The position numbers were made by a program, and so were the translations under genes. A DNA stretch of 64,000 bases from Lama guanicoe (lineage: Eukaryota), in NCBI GenBank assembly GCA_013239625.1, contig MU053379.1, positions 318,490 to 382,489 of the forward strand, read 5' to 3'. Positions 14,180 through 25,154 of this stretch are shown piece after piece. The notes under the pieces were generated by a model that saw only the letters and a program-made list of their open reading frames with translations, ran no database searches and was not told where the DNA came from. The stretch's first letter is position 1. Every line of letters starts with the position of its first letter.

Positions 14180-14507
14180 TCTTCCCAAGGAAAAACAGAT
14201 CCATGGCAGAAGTACAAGTATGACCTCCAAGACCACGCTGTGAAAGCTCAAGCCCCAAGAAGAGGCCTTGGAAAATGAGACACCGCGTGGAAAGAGGAAG
14301 AGGCCTGGAGCCCCAAGACACTGGACATGTGGCTGAAGAAAGCCTCTTGGGCATGGATCCTACAGCCCCCACTGTCCCAGCTGAGGCAGCAGGAATCAGG
14401 CAAACCCTTCCCAATTTCCAACTCTCAAAATCCTGGGCAAAATGAAACATTAGCTCTAAGCATGAAGTACGGGATAATTTGGTATGTAGAAATAGGTGCT
14501 TGGAACG
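14180..14507 (+). mobile_element. Degenerate MaLR LTR (MLT1J/K-like)
   Basis: GACATGTGGCTGAAGAAAGCC...CCAGCTGAGGCAGC...GATAATTTGGTATGTAGAAATAG. Confidence 0.5.
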
Positions 14508-15974
14508 AACCGTCAGGACCTCTGAGGAAGGAGACAGTTGTCCTTTTTATCCAGAGGTGTCAGACTCTGACCTTCTCCTGTGGGGCATCACCAGCTGGCC
14601 CTGTGACTCAGTCTCTTTTAGTTGGAATCAACAGGACATTGCTCCTTTGCGAAGTCAAATATTTGCCTCTGCTAACAAAGCTGTGAGCCTCTCCATTACC
14701 AATCATTTGGAAGAGCTTAATGGATCTAAAATCCCAGGTGGTGTGTGTTTGGACAGAAATATGGATAACCTCTTTTGCTCGGTGTTGCAAAACATGAATC
14801 AGCAGAACACGACTTTGTTTGAGAACAGGGTTTGGGGAGTAGAAATTACAAACACAGCATCCCAGTTGGCCATGGGTAGCCTTCTTCTATCCTGAGATGC
14901 CCCAGCATGTAGAACTTTGTTCCAAAGTCTGAGAAACTTCAGCCAGCTTGAGCCTTTTCTCTAAGTATTTTTAAAGGCCTTTCTATGTTTCTTTTTCCTC
15001 TCTACTCAATTTTCAGTAGTAAATCTTTCTAACTGCAGGTTTTGGGGCTTTCAAAATTTTAGATTTACTGGCTTTTTCTTTTGTGTGTTTTTTAAAAATT
15101 AATAGACTTTTTTGGATATAGTTCTAAGTTTTCAGGGAAAAAATTGAGTGAAAAGTACAGTTCCCTTGACATCCTAAGCCCCAACCAATTTCCCCCTGTT
15201 GTTAACATCTTGCATTGGTGTGGCACATTTGTTACAGTCAAAAGCCAAAATTGATACACTATTATTAACTGGCATCCAGTGTTTACATTGAGCTACACTC
15301 TTTGTGTTGTACATTCTACCGGTTTTGACAAATGTATGATGACAAGTATCCACCATGACAATATCATACAGTTTCAGACTTACAGAGTTATTGCAAAGAT
15401 AGCACAGTTTGTGTATGCCTCACACTCTGTTTTTCTTTATTACAAACTTCTAACATTGCTGTGGTATATTTGTCATGACTAAAGAACCAATATTGATACT
15501 TATTAATTGAAGACTACACTTCATTCAGATGTCCTTAGTTTTTACCTAATGTCCCTTTTTTGTTCCAGAATTCTATCCAGGATACCATATTATATTTAGT
15601 CTTCATGTCTCTTTTAATTCCTCTTGGCTGTGACAGTTTCTTAGACTTTGTTTCTGAAAGACCTTTAAAGTTTTCAGGCATTTGGTAATATGTGCCTCTC
15701 TTGGGATTTTTCCATCGTTTTTATCATGATTAAACTAGGGTTATATGTTTTGGGGGAGGAAAACCACAGAGGTAAAGTACCATTCTCACAAGGGTATATG
15801 CTATCATGGGATTCATCACTGCTGGTGTTAACATTAACCATCTGGTGTGCAGCACCTTTATCAGGTCTCTCCACTGTAAACTTACCCTTCTTCTACTTTT
15901 CCATACTGCACTCTTTGGAAGAAAGTCACTATGCAGAGTTTACCCTTAAGGAGTGGAGAATTATCCTCTACCTT

Positions 15975-16110
15975 TTTTTCTCTCTAACTTGATTGAAGTA
16001 TAATTGACAAATAAATAAAATGAACAACATGATGATTTGATAATGTATACTTTGTGAAATGAATACCACCATCAGGTTAATTAACACATGCATCACTTCA
16101 CATAGTTACT

Positions 16111-16141
<31 letters not shown>

Positions 16142-16582
16142 ATGCTTAAGATCTGCTCTCTTAGCAAATTTCAAGTGTACAATACAGCATTATTGACTAC
16201 AGTCACCATGCTGTACATTATATTCCCAGAATTTATTCATCTTGTACCTGAAGTCTTGCACCCTTTGACCAGAATCCCCCCATCTTCACCACCTCTCAGC
16301 CCCTGGTAACCACCATTCTACTCTCTGTTTCTATGATTTTGACGTTTTCCTTTTAGATTCTACATGTAAGTGAGATAATACAGTTTTTGTCTTTCTCTAT
16401 CTGGTTTATTGCACTTACCATAATATCCTCTAAGTTTATCCACAATGTTGCACATGGCAGGATTTCCCTCTTTCTCATGGCTGAATAAATATACCATTGC
16501 GTGTGAGTGTGTGTGTGTGTGTGTACTACATCTTCCTCATCCATTCATCTTCCATATCTTCGCTATTTTGAATAGAGACATG
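15975..16582 (-). mobile_element. 5'-truncated L1 (L1MA-like 3' end) nested in the older L1
   Basis: 16353-16544 translates to ORF2 C-terminus-like YSAMRKREILPCATLWINLEDIM...SLTCRI; candidate TSD CTCTACCTT at 15966-15974 and 16583-16591. Confidence 0.8.
16111..16140. repeat. (TG)n(AG)n microsatellite
   Basis: Directly visible. Confidence 0.9.
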
Positions 16583-16980
16583 CTCTACCTTCTAAAGAAC
16601 ATAGTATCTATGCAAGTTATTTGAAATTCTCTCCTGCACAAGAAATGTGCTTATTCTTATTTATTTATTTATATCAGTATAGACTCATGGATATTTATTT
16701 TATGCTTTGGATTATAATCCAAGACTATTTTATTAATTTTGTTGCTCAAGTTTTTACAACTTTGACCACTGTTTCAGTTGGTTACTGTGTAACTTTTTCT
16801 GCCCCCGTCATTATAAGGTTTGAGTTTTGTTTGGCTTTGTTTTTTGAGCACTTCCTTGCTTTTTGCACTACAAATGCTCCAGGCCCATCTTGTATATTTC
16901 CTGCCCTAGTCCTAGAATCAGCTATTAATTCAGGGAGACCTGGTACTTTTTATTGGAGAGTAGTATTATAAAACAAACTC

Positions 16981-17108
16981 GGGTGGAGGGGGATCGTATA
17001 GCTCTGTGGAAGAGCATGCACAAGGTCCTGGGTTCAATCCCCAGTACCTCCATTAAAGATAAATAAATAAAAACCTAATCACCCCCCCAAAAATAAATTA
17101 AAATAAAA
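16981..17108 (+). mobile_element. tRNA-derived SINE (Vic-1-like)
   Basis: GCATGCACAAGGTCCTGGGTTCAATCCCCAGTAC, (AAAT)n, CCTAATCACCCCCC and A tail; CAAACTC on both flanks. Confidence 0.85.
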
Positions 17109-17934
17109 TCCAAACTCTGGGAACTAAGTTGCCAACATTGCTACTGGGGTGTCATTGCTTCTCGGTACTTTCAGCTGACAGAGAAGTACATGTGTATACT
17201 AACCCATGTATATACACGTATCTATAAATATTTCTATTTGTAGCCATCTGTATCTATATTAAACCAAACATAATTTCATGCTGATGTCCAACACTAATCC
17301 ACTATCACATGGGTCATTCTAGCCTGTTCCCCCTTGCTTATATATAATCTGCACCAATAGTGAGAAACATGGATTCCACCATCAGCCAGCCATTACATAA
17401 TTGTTCAGTTCTAGTCTACATGTATAGTAGTCTCAGAATTGTTAACCCAATTCTTAATTGGTTGAGATATGTTTTAAGGTTAGGAATGTGGTCTATGTTT
17501 GAGAATTTCCCATGTGAACTTGAGAAGAACGTATATTCTGCTAGTGCTGGATGCAGCACACACTCTGTAAATGTCAACCAGATCAAGTTGATTGATAGTG
17601 CTGGTCAAATAAACTGTATCTTTATTGATTTCCTGCCCACTTAATCTATCAATTACTGACATGAGAGTTCAAGTCTCCAAGTAAAATAGAGAATTTCTCT
17701 ATTTCTCCTTCAGTTATATTAGTTTTTTGTTTCATGTATTTTGATGCTCTGTTGTTAGGTACATATACATTTAGGATTGTTACGTCTTCTTGGAGAATTG
17801 ATCCATTTATCATCATGTAGTGCCACTCTTTATCCCTAACAATTTTTCTTGTTATGAAATCTCCTTTGTTTGAAATTAATATACCTACTCCAGCTGTCTT
17901 TTGATTAGTGTTAGCATGGTATATATTTTTCCAA

Positions 17935-17946
17935 CCCTTTACTTCT
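17935..17946. repeat. Left target-site duplication of the full-length L1 (CCCTTTACTTCT)
   Basis: Identical to 25143-25154 and abuts the tail. Confidence 0.93.
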
Positions 17947-17981
17947 TTTTTTTTTCTTTTTCTTTTTTACATTTTTTTATT
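17947..17981 (-). terminator. L1 polyadenylation signal and A-rich tail
   Basis: Minus-strand AATAAA (17976-17981) followed by an interrupted A-tract ending at the TSD. Confidence 0.85.
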
Positions 17982-18287
17982 GATTCATAATCATTTTACA
18001 GTGTTGTGTCAAATTCCAGTGTTCAGCATGTTCAGCACAATTTTTCAGTCATTCATGGACATATACACACTCATTGTCACATTTTTTTCTCTGTGATTTA
18101 TCATAACATTTTGTGTATATTTCCCTGTGCTATACAGTGTAATCTTGTTTATCTATTCTACAATTTTGAAATCCCAGTCTATCCCTTCCCACCCTCTACC
18201 CCCCCCCGTAACCACAAGTCTGTATTCTCTGTCCATGAGTCTATTTCTGTCCTGTATTTATGCTTTGTTTTTGTTTGTTTTTGTTTT

Positions 18288-21200
18288 TTAGATTCCACAT
18301 ATGAGCGATCTCATATGGTATTTTTCTTTCTCTTTCTGGCTTACTTCACTTAGAATGACATTCTCTAGGAGCATCCATGTTGCTGCAAATGGCATTATGT
18401 TGTCGGTTTTTATGGCTGAGTAGTATTCCATTGTATAAATATACCACCTCTTCTTTATCCAGTCACCTGTTGATGGACATTTAGGCTGTTTCCATGTTTT
18501 GGCTATTGTAAATAGTGCTGCTATGAACATTGGGGTGCAGGTGTCATCCTGAAGTAGATTTCCTTCTGGATACAAGCCCAGGAGTGGGATTCCTGGGTCA
18601 TATGGTAAGTCTATTCCTAGTCTTTTGAGGAATCTCCACACTGTTTTCCATAGTGGCTGCACCAAACTGCATTCCCACCAGCAGTGTAGGAGGGTTCCCC
18701 TTTCTCCACAGCCTCTCCAGCATTTGTCATTTTTGGATTTTTGAATGACGGCCATTCTGACTGGTGTGAGGTGATACCTCATTGTAGTTTTGATTTGCAT
18801 TTCTCTGATAATTAGTGATATTGAACATTTTTTCATGTGCTTTTTGATCATTTGTATGTCTTCCTTGGAGAATTGCTTGTTTAGGTCTTCTGCCCATTTT
18901 TGGATTGGGTTGTTTATTTTTTTCTTATTGAGTCGTATGAGCTGCTTATATATTTTGGAGATCAAGCCTTTGTCGGTTTCACTTGCAAAAATTTTCTCCC
19001 ATTCCGTAGGTTTTCTTCTTGTTTTATTTCTGGTTTCCTTTGCTCTGCAGAAGCTTGTAAGTTTCATTAGGTCCCATTTGTTTATTCTTGCTTTTATTTC
19101 TTCTAGGAGAAAATTTTTGAAATGTATGTCAGATAATGTTTTGCCTATGTTTTCCTCTAGGAGGTTTATTGTATCTTGTCTTATGTTTAAGTCTTTAATC
19201 CATTTTGAGTTGATTTTTGTATATGGTGTAAGGGTGTGTTCTAGCTTCATTGTTTTACATGCTGCTGTCCAGTTTTCCCAACACCATTTGCTGAAGAGAC
19301 TGTCTTTATTCCATTGTATATTCTTGCCTCCTTTGTCGAAGATGAGTTGACCAAAAGTTTGTGGGTTCATTTCTGGGCTCTCTATTCTGTTCCATTGGTC
19401 TATATGTCTGTTTTGGTACCAATACCATGCTGTCTTGATGACTGTAGCTCTATAGTATTGTCTGAAGTCTGGGAGAGTTATTCCTCCAGCCTCTTTCTTT
19501 CTCTTCAGTAATGCTTTAGCAATTCTAGGTCTTTGATGGTTCCATATAAATTTTATTATGATTTGTTCTAGTTCTGTGAAATATGTCCTGGGTAATTGGA
19601 TAGGGATTGCATTAAATCTGTAGATTGCCTTGGGCAGTGTGACCATTTTAACAATATTGATTCTTCCAATCCAAGAGCATGGAATATCTTTCCATTTTTT
19701 AAAGTCTTCTTTAATTTCCTTCATCAATGGTTTATAGTTTTCTGTGTATAATTCTTTCGCCTCCTTGGTTAGATTTATTCCCAGATATTTTATTACTTTG
19801 GGTGCTATTTTAAAGGGGATTGTTTCTTTACTTTCTTTTTCTGTTGATTTATCGTTAGTGTAAAGAAAGGCAACTGATTTTTGAACATTAATTTTGTAAC
19901 CTGCTACCTTGCTGAATTCTTCGATCAGCTCTAGTAGCTTTTTTGTGGACCTTTTAGGGTTTTCTATATATAGTAACATGTCGTCAGCATATAATGACAC
20001 TTTTACCTCTTCTTTTCCAATTTGGATCCCTTTTATTTCTTTCTCTTGCCTGATTGCTGTGGCTAGGACTTCCAGGACTATATTGAATAGGAGTGGTGAT
20101 AGTGGGCATCCTTGTCTTGTCCCAGATTTTAGTGGGAAGCTTTTGAGTTTTTCACCGTTGAGAACTATGCTGGCTATAGGTTTGTCATATATAGCTTTTA
20201 TTATGTTGAGATATGTTCCCTCTATACCCACTTTGGCGAGAGTTTTTATCATAAATGGGTGTTGAATTTTATCAAATGCTTTTTCTGCATCGATTGAGAT
20301 GATCATGTGGTTTTTGTCCTTTCTCTTGTTGATGTGATGTATTACATTGATTGATTTGCGTATGTTGAACCAGCCTTGTGTCCCTGGGATGAACCCCACT
20401 TGGTCATGATGTATAATCTTTTTTATGTGTTGTTGGATTCTATTTGCTAAAATTTTGGTGAGGATTTTGGCGTCTATGTTCATCAGTGATATTGGCCTAT
20501 AATTCTCTTTTTTTGTAGTGTCTTTGCCTGGTTTTGGTATCAGGGTGATGGTGGCTTCATAGAATGAGTTTGGGAGTATTCCCTCCTTTTCAATCGTCTG
20601 GAAGAGTTTGAGAAGGACTGGTATGAGTTCTTCTTTGTATGTTTGGTAGAATTCCCCGGTGAAGCCATCCGGTCCTGGACTTTTATTTGTAGGGAGGTTT
20701 TTAATTGCTATTTCTATTTCCTTTCTAGTGATCGGATTGTTCAAGTGTTCAGTTTCTTCTTGATTCAGTTTTGGTGGACAGTATGTTTCCAGAAACTTGT
20801 CCATCTCCTCTAGGTTATCCAGTTTGGTTCCATATAGTTTTTCATAATATTCTCGTATGATATTCTGTATTTCTATTTTGTTTGTTGTAATTTCTCCATT
20901 TTCCTTTCTTATTTTGCTAATTTGTGCTCTCTCTTTTTTCTTCTTTGTGAGTTTGGCCAGAGGTTTGTCGATTTTATTTACTTTTTCAAAAAACCAGCTT
21001 TTGGTTTGGTTGATTTTTTCTATGGTCTTGTTAATCTCTATTGTATTTAATTCCTCTCTGATCTTTATTATTTCCTTCCTTCTGCTGCTTTTTGGGGCTT
21101 TTTGTTCTTCTTTTTCTAATTGATTCAGGTGGTGGGTTAACTTGTTTATTTGAGATTGTTCTTCTTTTTTGAGGAAGGCCTGTATCGCTATAAACTTCCC

Positions 21201-22085
21201 TCTTAGCACTGCCTTTGCTGTGTCCCATAGGTTTTGAGTGGTTGTGCTTTCATTATCATTTGTCTCAAGGTATTTTTTAATTTCAGCTTTGATTTCCTCA
21301 TTGATCCATTGTTTTTTCAATAACATATTGTTTAATCTCCATGCTTTTCTTTTTTTCTCCTTTGTTTCTCTGTTGTTGATTTCCAGTTTCATGGCATTGT
21401 GGTCAGTAAAGATGCTTGAGATAATTTCTATCTTCTTAAATTTGTTGAGGTTTCTTTTGTGTCCAAGTACATGATCGATCCTGGAAAATGTTCCATGTGC
21501 ACTTGAAAAGAATGTATATTCTATTTTTTGGGGGTGTAATGCTCTGAAAATATCCACCAAATCTAGTTTTTCTATTGTAGTATTTAATTTCTCTGTTGCC
21601 TTGTTTATTTTCTGTCTGGAAGATCTGTCTAGTGATGTTAATGCAGTGTTAAAATCTCCAACTATGATTGTATTCCCATCAATATCCCCCTTTATCTCTG
21701 TTAGTAATTCTTGTATGTACTTAGGTGCTCCTATATTGGGTGCATATATATTAACGAGTGTAATATCTTCATCTTGTATCACTCCTTTAATCATTATAAA
21801 ATGTCCTTCTTTATCTTTCTTTATGGCCTTTGTTTTAAAGTCTATTTTGTCTGAAATCAGTACTGCAACACCTGCTTTTTTGGCTTTTCCATTTGCATGG
21901 AATATCCTTTTCCATCCTTTCACTCTCAATCTATATGTGTCCTTCTCCCTAAAGTGGGTCTCTTGTATGCAGCATATTGAAGGTTCTTGCTTTATTATCC
22001 AGTCTGCCACTCTATGTCTTTTGACTGGAGCATTTAGTCCATTAACATTTACAGTAATTAATGATAGATGTGTGTTTATTGCCAT
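18288..22085 (-). CDS. L1 ORF2p (APE-like endonuclease, reverse transcriptase, CCHC domain), 1265 aa, uninterrupted
   Basis: EN motifs NVNGLN, QETH, NIYAP, GDFN, RIDH, TDH; PIP-like QTKSWFF; RT motifs [39 protein letters not shown]-terminal [18 protein letters not shown]. Confidence 0.98.
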   Translation of the reverse strand: MAINTHLSLITVNVNGLNAPVKRHRVADWIIKQEPSICCIQETHFREKDTYRLRVKGWKRIFHANGKAKKAGVAVLISDKIDFKTKAIKKDKEGHFIMIKGVIQDEDITLVNIYAPNIGAPKYIQELLTEIKGDIDGNTIIVGDFNTALTSLDRSSRQKINKATEKLNTTIEKLDLVDIFRALHPQKIEYTFFSSAHGTFSRIDHVLGHKRNLNKFKKIEIISSIFTDHNAMKLEINNRETKEKKRKAWRLNNMLLKKQWINEEIKAEIKKYLETNDNESTTTQNLWDTAKAVLRGKFIAIQAFLKKEEQSQINKLTHHLNQLEKEEQKAPKSSRRKEIIKIREELNTIEINKTIEKINQTKSWFFEKVNKIDKPLAKLTKKKKERAQISKIRKENGEITTNKIEIQNIIREYYEKLYGTKLDNLEEMDKFLETYCPPKLNQEETEHLNNPITRKEIEIAIKNLPTNKSPGPDGFTGEFYQTYKEELIPVLLKLFQTIEKEGILPNSFYEATITLIPKPGKDTTKKENYRPISLMNIDAKILTKILANRIQQHIKKIIHHDQVGFIPGTQGWFNIRKSINVIHHINKRKDKNHMIISIDAEKAFDKIQHPFMIKTLAKVGIEGTYLNIIKAIYDKPIASIVLNGEKLKSFPLKSGTRQGCPLSPLLFNIVLEVLATAIRQEKEIKGIQIGKEEVKVSLYADDMLLYIENPKRSTKKLLELIEEFSKVAGYKINVQKSVAFLYTNDKSTEKESKETIPFKIAPKVIKYLGINLTKEAKELYTENYKPLMKEIKEDFKKWKDIPCSWIGRINIVKMVTLPKAIYRFNAIPIQLPRTYFTELEQIIIKFIWNHQRPRIAKALLKRKKEAGGITLPDFRQYYRATVIKTAWYWYQNRHIDQWNRIESPEMNPQTFGQLIFDKGGKNIQWNKDSLFSKWCWENWTAACKTMKLEHTLTPYTKINSKWIKDLNIRQDTINLLEENIGKTLSDIHFKNFLLEEIKARINKWDLMKLTSFCRAKETRNKTRRKPTEWEKIFASETDKGLISKIYKQLIRLNKKKINNPIQKWAEDLNKQFSKEDIQMIKKHMKKCSISLIIREMQIKTTMRYHLTPVRMAVIQKSKNDKCWRGCGERGTLLHCWWECSLVQPLWKTVWRFLKRLGIDLPYDPGIPLLGLYPEGNLLQDDTCTPMFIAALFTIAKTWKQPKCPSTGDWIKKRWYIYTMEYYSAIKTDNIMPFAATWMLLENVILSEVSQKEKEKYHMRSLICGI

Positions 22086-22482
22086 TTTGAACTTATCTTT
22101 GCAGTTGAATTGGTATATCCTCTTTGTTCCTTTCTTCTTCCTTTTGTGGTTTGGTAATTTTCCTTTGTATTATCATGGATTTTATTTAATTTTTGTGACT
22201 CCCTTGTAAATTTTTGACTTGTGGTTACCCTTTTTTGTAAATCTATTAACCTATACCCGTTTTTAATAAACTGATAATAACATGATCTCAAACCCATCCT
22301 ACTGTTAAAAAAATTTAAAAAAGAAAGAAAAAAAATTCTATATTTCCCTGCCTCCCTCTCCCACTCTCAGTGATTTGTATGTCTTCTTTTATAATTTCGT
22401 GTTTTCTTTATTTGTAATTCATGAGTTATCACCTTTCCAGTTGTACGTTTCTCATTTCTGTAGCATCCTGCTGCTTTTCTAT

Positions 22483-23385
22483 TTAGAATAGCCCTTTCAA
22501 TATTTCTTTTAGCATGGGTTTAGTGTTGCTAAACTCCTGCAGCTTTTTTTTGTCTGTGAAACTCTTTATTTCTCCTTCTATCCTAAAGGATAGCCTTGCT
22601 GGATAAAGTATCCTAGGCTGCATCTTTTTTTCATTCAGGGCTTTGAATATATCTTGCCACTCCCTTCTGGCCTGTAGTGTTTGTGTAGAGAAATCAGCTG
22701 AGAGCCTTATGGGGGTTCCCTTGTAGTTCACTCTTTGCTTTTCTCTTGCTGCCTTTAGAATCATTTCTTTATCCTTGACTCTGGCCATCTTGATTATGAT
22801 ATGTCTTGGTGTGGGTCTATTTGGGTTCTTCCTGTTTGGGACCCTCTGAGCTTCCTGTACTTGTATATCTGATTCCTTCTTTAAGTTTGGGAAGTTTTCA
22901 GTCATGATTTCTTCAAAAACCTTTTCAATCCCCTTTGATCCTTCTTCCCCTTCTGGGACCCCTATTATGCGAAGATTGGGACGCTTTATATTATCCCATA
23001 GGTCCCTTATGCTATTATCATTATTTTTTATTTGCTTATCTTGTAGTTCTTCTGAATGGGTGCTTTCTGTTGCCCTGTCTTCTAGATCACTAATTCGTTC
23101 CTCTGCATTAACTAGTCGGCTTTGCACAGCTGTTAGATCATTCCTCATCTCTGTCAATGAGTTTTCCCATTTTGCTTGGCTCTTCTTTATAGCTTCAATT
23201 TCATTTTTGACATATTTTATTTCTCTAAGCATTATCTCTTTTAATTCCTTCAGCAATTTGATCACTCCTTTTTTGAAATCTTGATCTAGTAGGCTATCGA
23301 TGTCTATTTCATTGAGCTTTCTTTCAGGGGATTCCTCTTGTTCTTTTAATTGGGAAAGGTTTCTCTGCTTCTTCATCTTGCTCAT
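22483..23385 (-). CDS. L1 ORF1p (coiled coil, RRM, CTD), 300 aa, uninterrupted
   Basis: Heptad-rich N-terminal half, then NLRIIGVPE, ENFPNL, QEAQRVP, PRHII, AREK, ARREW and YPARLS motifs. Confidence 0.97.
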   Translation of the reverse strand: MSKMKKQRNLSQLKEQEESPERKLNEIDIDSLLDQDFKKGVIKLLKELKEIMLREIKYVKNEIEAIKKSQAKWENSLTEMRNDLTAVQSRLVNAEERISDLEDRATESTHSEELQDKQIKNNDNSIRDLWDNIKRPNLRIIGVPEGEEGSKGIEKVFEEIMTENFPNLKKESDIQVQEAQRVPNRKNPNRPTPRHIIIKMARVKDKEMILKAAREKQRVNYKGTPIRLSADFSTQTLQARREWQDIFKALNEKKMQPRILYPARLSFRIEGEIKSFTDKKKLQEFSNTKPMLKEILKGLF

Positions 23386-23785
23386 ACCTCTCTGGCACTG
23401 TGGTTTATGGAGTATCAGTTGTCTATTTTGGATCTTAAGGATTTTATCTATCTAATGCCTATTTAGGAATAGAACTTAGAAAAGAAAAAAGAAAAAAAAA
23501 GAAAAAAGAAGAGAGAGAGAGAAAGATTTTTAAAAGAAGGGAGAAAGAGGGTTTGATAACAATGTATAATGAATAATAGAAGAGCGGGTTGAAGCAGAGT
23601 ATTAATCGGGTGGAGACGTCCTTTTAAAACCTTTAAAAAAAAAAAGGGGGTGGGGAGATGAATATATGTGTTTGAAGCCTGTGTCTAATCAATAACAGGA
23701 CATCAAAACCCAAGAGAAATAGAAATGAATTAAGAAGTAAAAATTAAGAGAGTAATTGAAAATAGAACAGGTAAAAACAGATTAA

Positions 23786-23817
<32 letters not shown>

Positions 23818-23844
23818 AAACAAAAACAAAAAAAAAAGGGGGGG

Positions 23845-25142
23845 TTGTCGGTGTTCTCCTGGAGTGTGTGTGCTTTTAATGTGATGTCCTTCTGTCTTCG
23901 TCCTGTTTTGGAAGCTCAGCTTGTTTTCATAGGCCCTCCGTTGGCGCCCTCTTCTGTGCTGCTCCCAGCACCTGTCGGCAAGCAGATCGCGCCTCCTCCT
24001 AACACGGGGTCAGATGCAGCTCTCCTCTGCTGTGGGCGGGCGGGTCACTGCCCCTCCGGATGCCGCAGTCAGATGTTGCAGACTGGCCAGGCAGGAGGGC
24101 GGGTCGTGCCCTCTCCCAGCACCTCGGTCAGGGGTTGTGTTCCTGCCCGACAGGCGGGGGGCCGCTCTTCCCCTGCCTGCGCCGCTGGTAGCTCCGCTGC
24201 TCTGTGCGGCTGCGCGCTCTGAGCCGGCGCTCCGCCCTGGCCGGCGCTCCGCCCTGGTCGCGCTCCGCGGGTGGGCTCGGGGAAGACGGAGGGGCAGCCC
24301 CGTCCCTGCTCCAAGCCAAGACCCAGCCGCTTGTTTGTCTTTGTGGAGCAAGTTCTCTGGGGGACCAGAATGGAAGGATCCTATCTGCCCCGGGCTGTAG
24401 GCCCATCTCAGTCTGGCCCTTGAGGCTGCTAAGCCCTTCGGTGCGGAGGCAGGTTTTGCCTCTGGCCCCGCCTGGGTGCTAAGTGCTGGAGAATATGGCG
24501 GCTCTGCCTGGGCCCCGCCCCTCTTACCCTGAAAAGTTTCCGCGGGTTTTCAGAGATGGGGGTATGCACCCTTCCCCCGAGAGCACATCAACCTTGCTGT
24601 TTTATGGAGGGCCCAGGTTGTTCTGTCCTGTACACCCACAGCCCCGGCGCCCAGCCCCTTGCAGTCCCCCGGAGCTGCCTCCGTGCAGCCGCCCCCGTCC
24701 TCCGCCCGGCTTGTGCAGCCTGGCCCTGCCCACCGCTGCTGGCCCACGTCTCAGGCTGGTTGTCGGGGGGACGCTCTGTGCCCGTTTAACTTAGTTCTGT
24801 CAGACAAGGGCTGCTCTGTACAGATCCGAGCCTTGGAGGCTCCCCCTCCGTCCCGCTGGCCTCTCAATTGGAGAGGGGAGACCCAGCGAGCGAGCGCCAG
24901 TCCTCCTTTGCCGCTCCCTCCCCGCGGGACCCGTCCCGCGCTGCTTTGCCTTTTGTTCTTTCTTTTTTCCTTTTCTCCTACCAGATTTTGGGCGTCTTTA
25001 TCTTTTGAAGAGGGCGATGATCTGTCGGAGTTCCGCAGGTGCTCTGGTTGGCTGAGTGGGTCTGTAGATGTGGGTCTTGGTGTATTTGTGGGAGAGGGTG
25101 ACTTACAAGCGTCCTTCTACTCCGCCATCTTGCCCGGAAGTC
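23845..25142 (-). promoter_or_regulatory. L1 internal promoter / CpG island in the 5'UTR
   Basis: Densely CpG-rich in an otherwise CpG-poor window; YY1 site CAAGATGGCG (25123-25132, minus) and ETS-like CCGGAAGT (25134-25141) at the 5' end; several GC boxes. Confidence 0.88.
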
Positions 25143-25154
25143 CCCTTTACTTCT
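25143..25154. repeat. Right target-site duplication of the full-length L1 (CCCTTTACTTCT)
   Basis: Identical to 17935-17946; followed by AA, giving TTCT/AA, a variant of the L1 endonuclease site TTTT/AA. Confidence 0.93.

Larger units (their letters stand above)
15090..17934 (-). mobile_element. Old degenerate L1 (L1MC-like 3' end plus endonuclease remnant), left part of the host element
   Basis: 17480-17662 translates to INKDTVYLTSTINQLDLVDIYR, similar to the young L1 [23 protein letters not shown]1MC-type 3'UTR text at 15100-15970. Confidence 0.75.
17947..25142 (-). mobile_element. Full-length, apparently intact LINE-1 retrotransposon
   Basis: Minus strand starts GACTTCCGGGCAAGATGGCGG, then GC-rich 5'UTR, ORF1, 397-nt spacer, ORF2, 3'UTR, AATAAA and A-rich tail; flanked by identical 12-mer CCCTTTACTTCT. 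Confidence 0.98.

Noticed and set aside
18790..23284. Multiple + strand ORFs of 65-202 aa opposite L1 ORF1/ORF2
   Set aside because: Usual antisense shadows of A-rich L1 coding sequence
23845..24482. Other overlapping ORFs in the L1 5'UTR
   Set aside because: Expected in very GC-rich DNA; they lack the combined Kozak, YY1 and GC-box context seen at 24495
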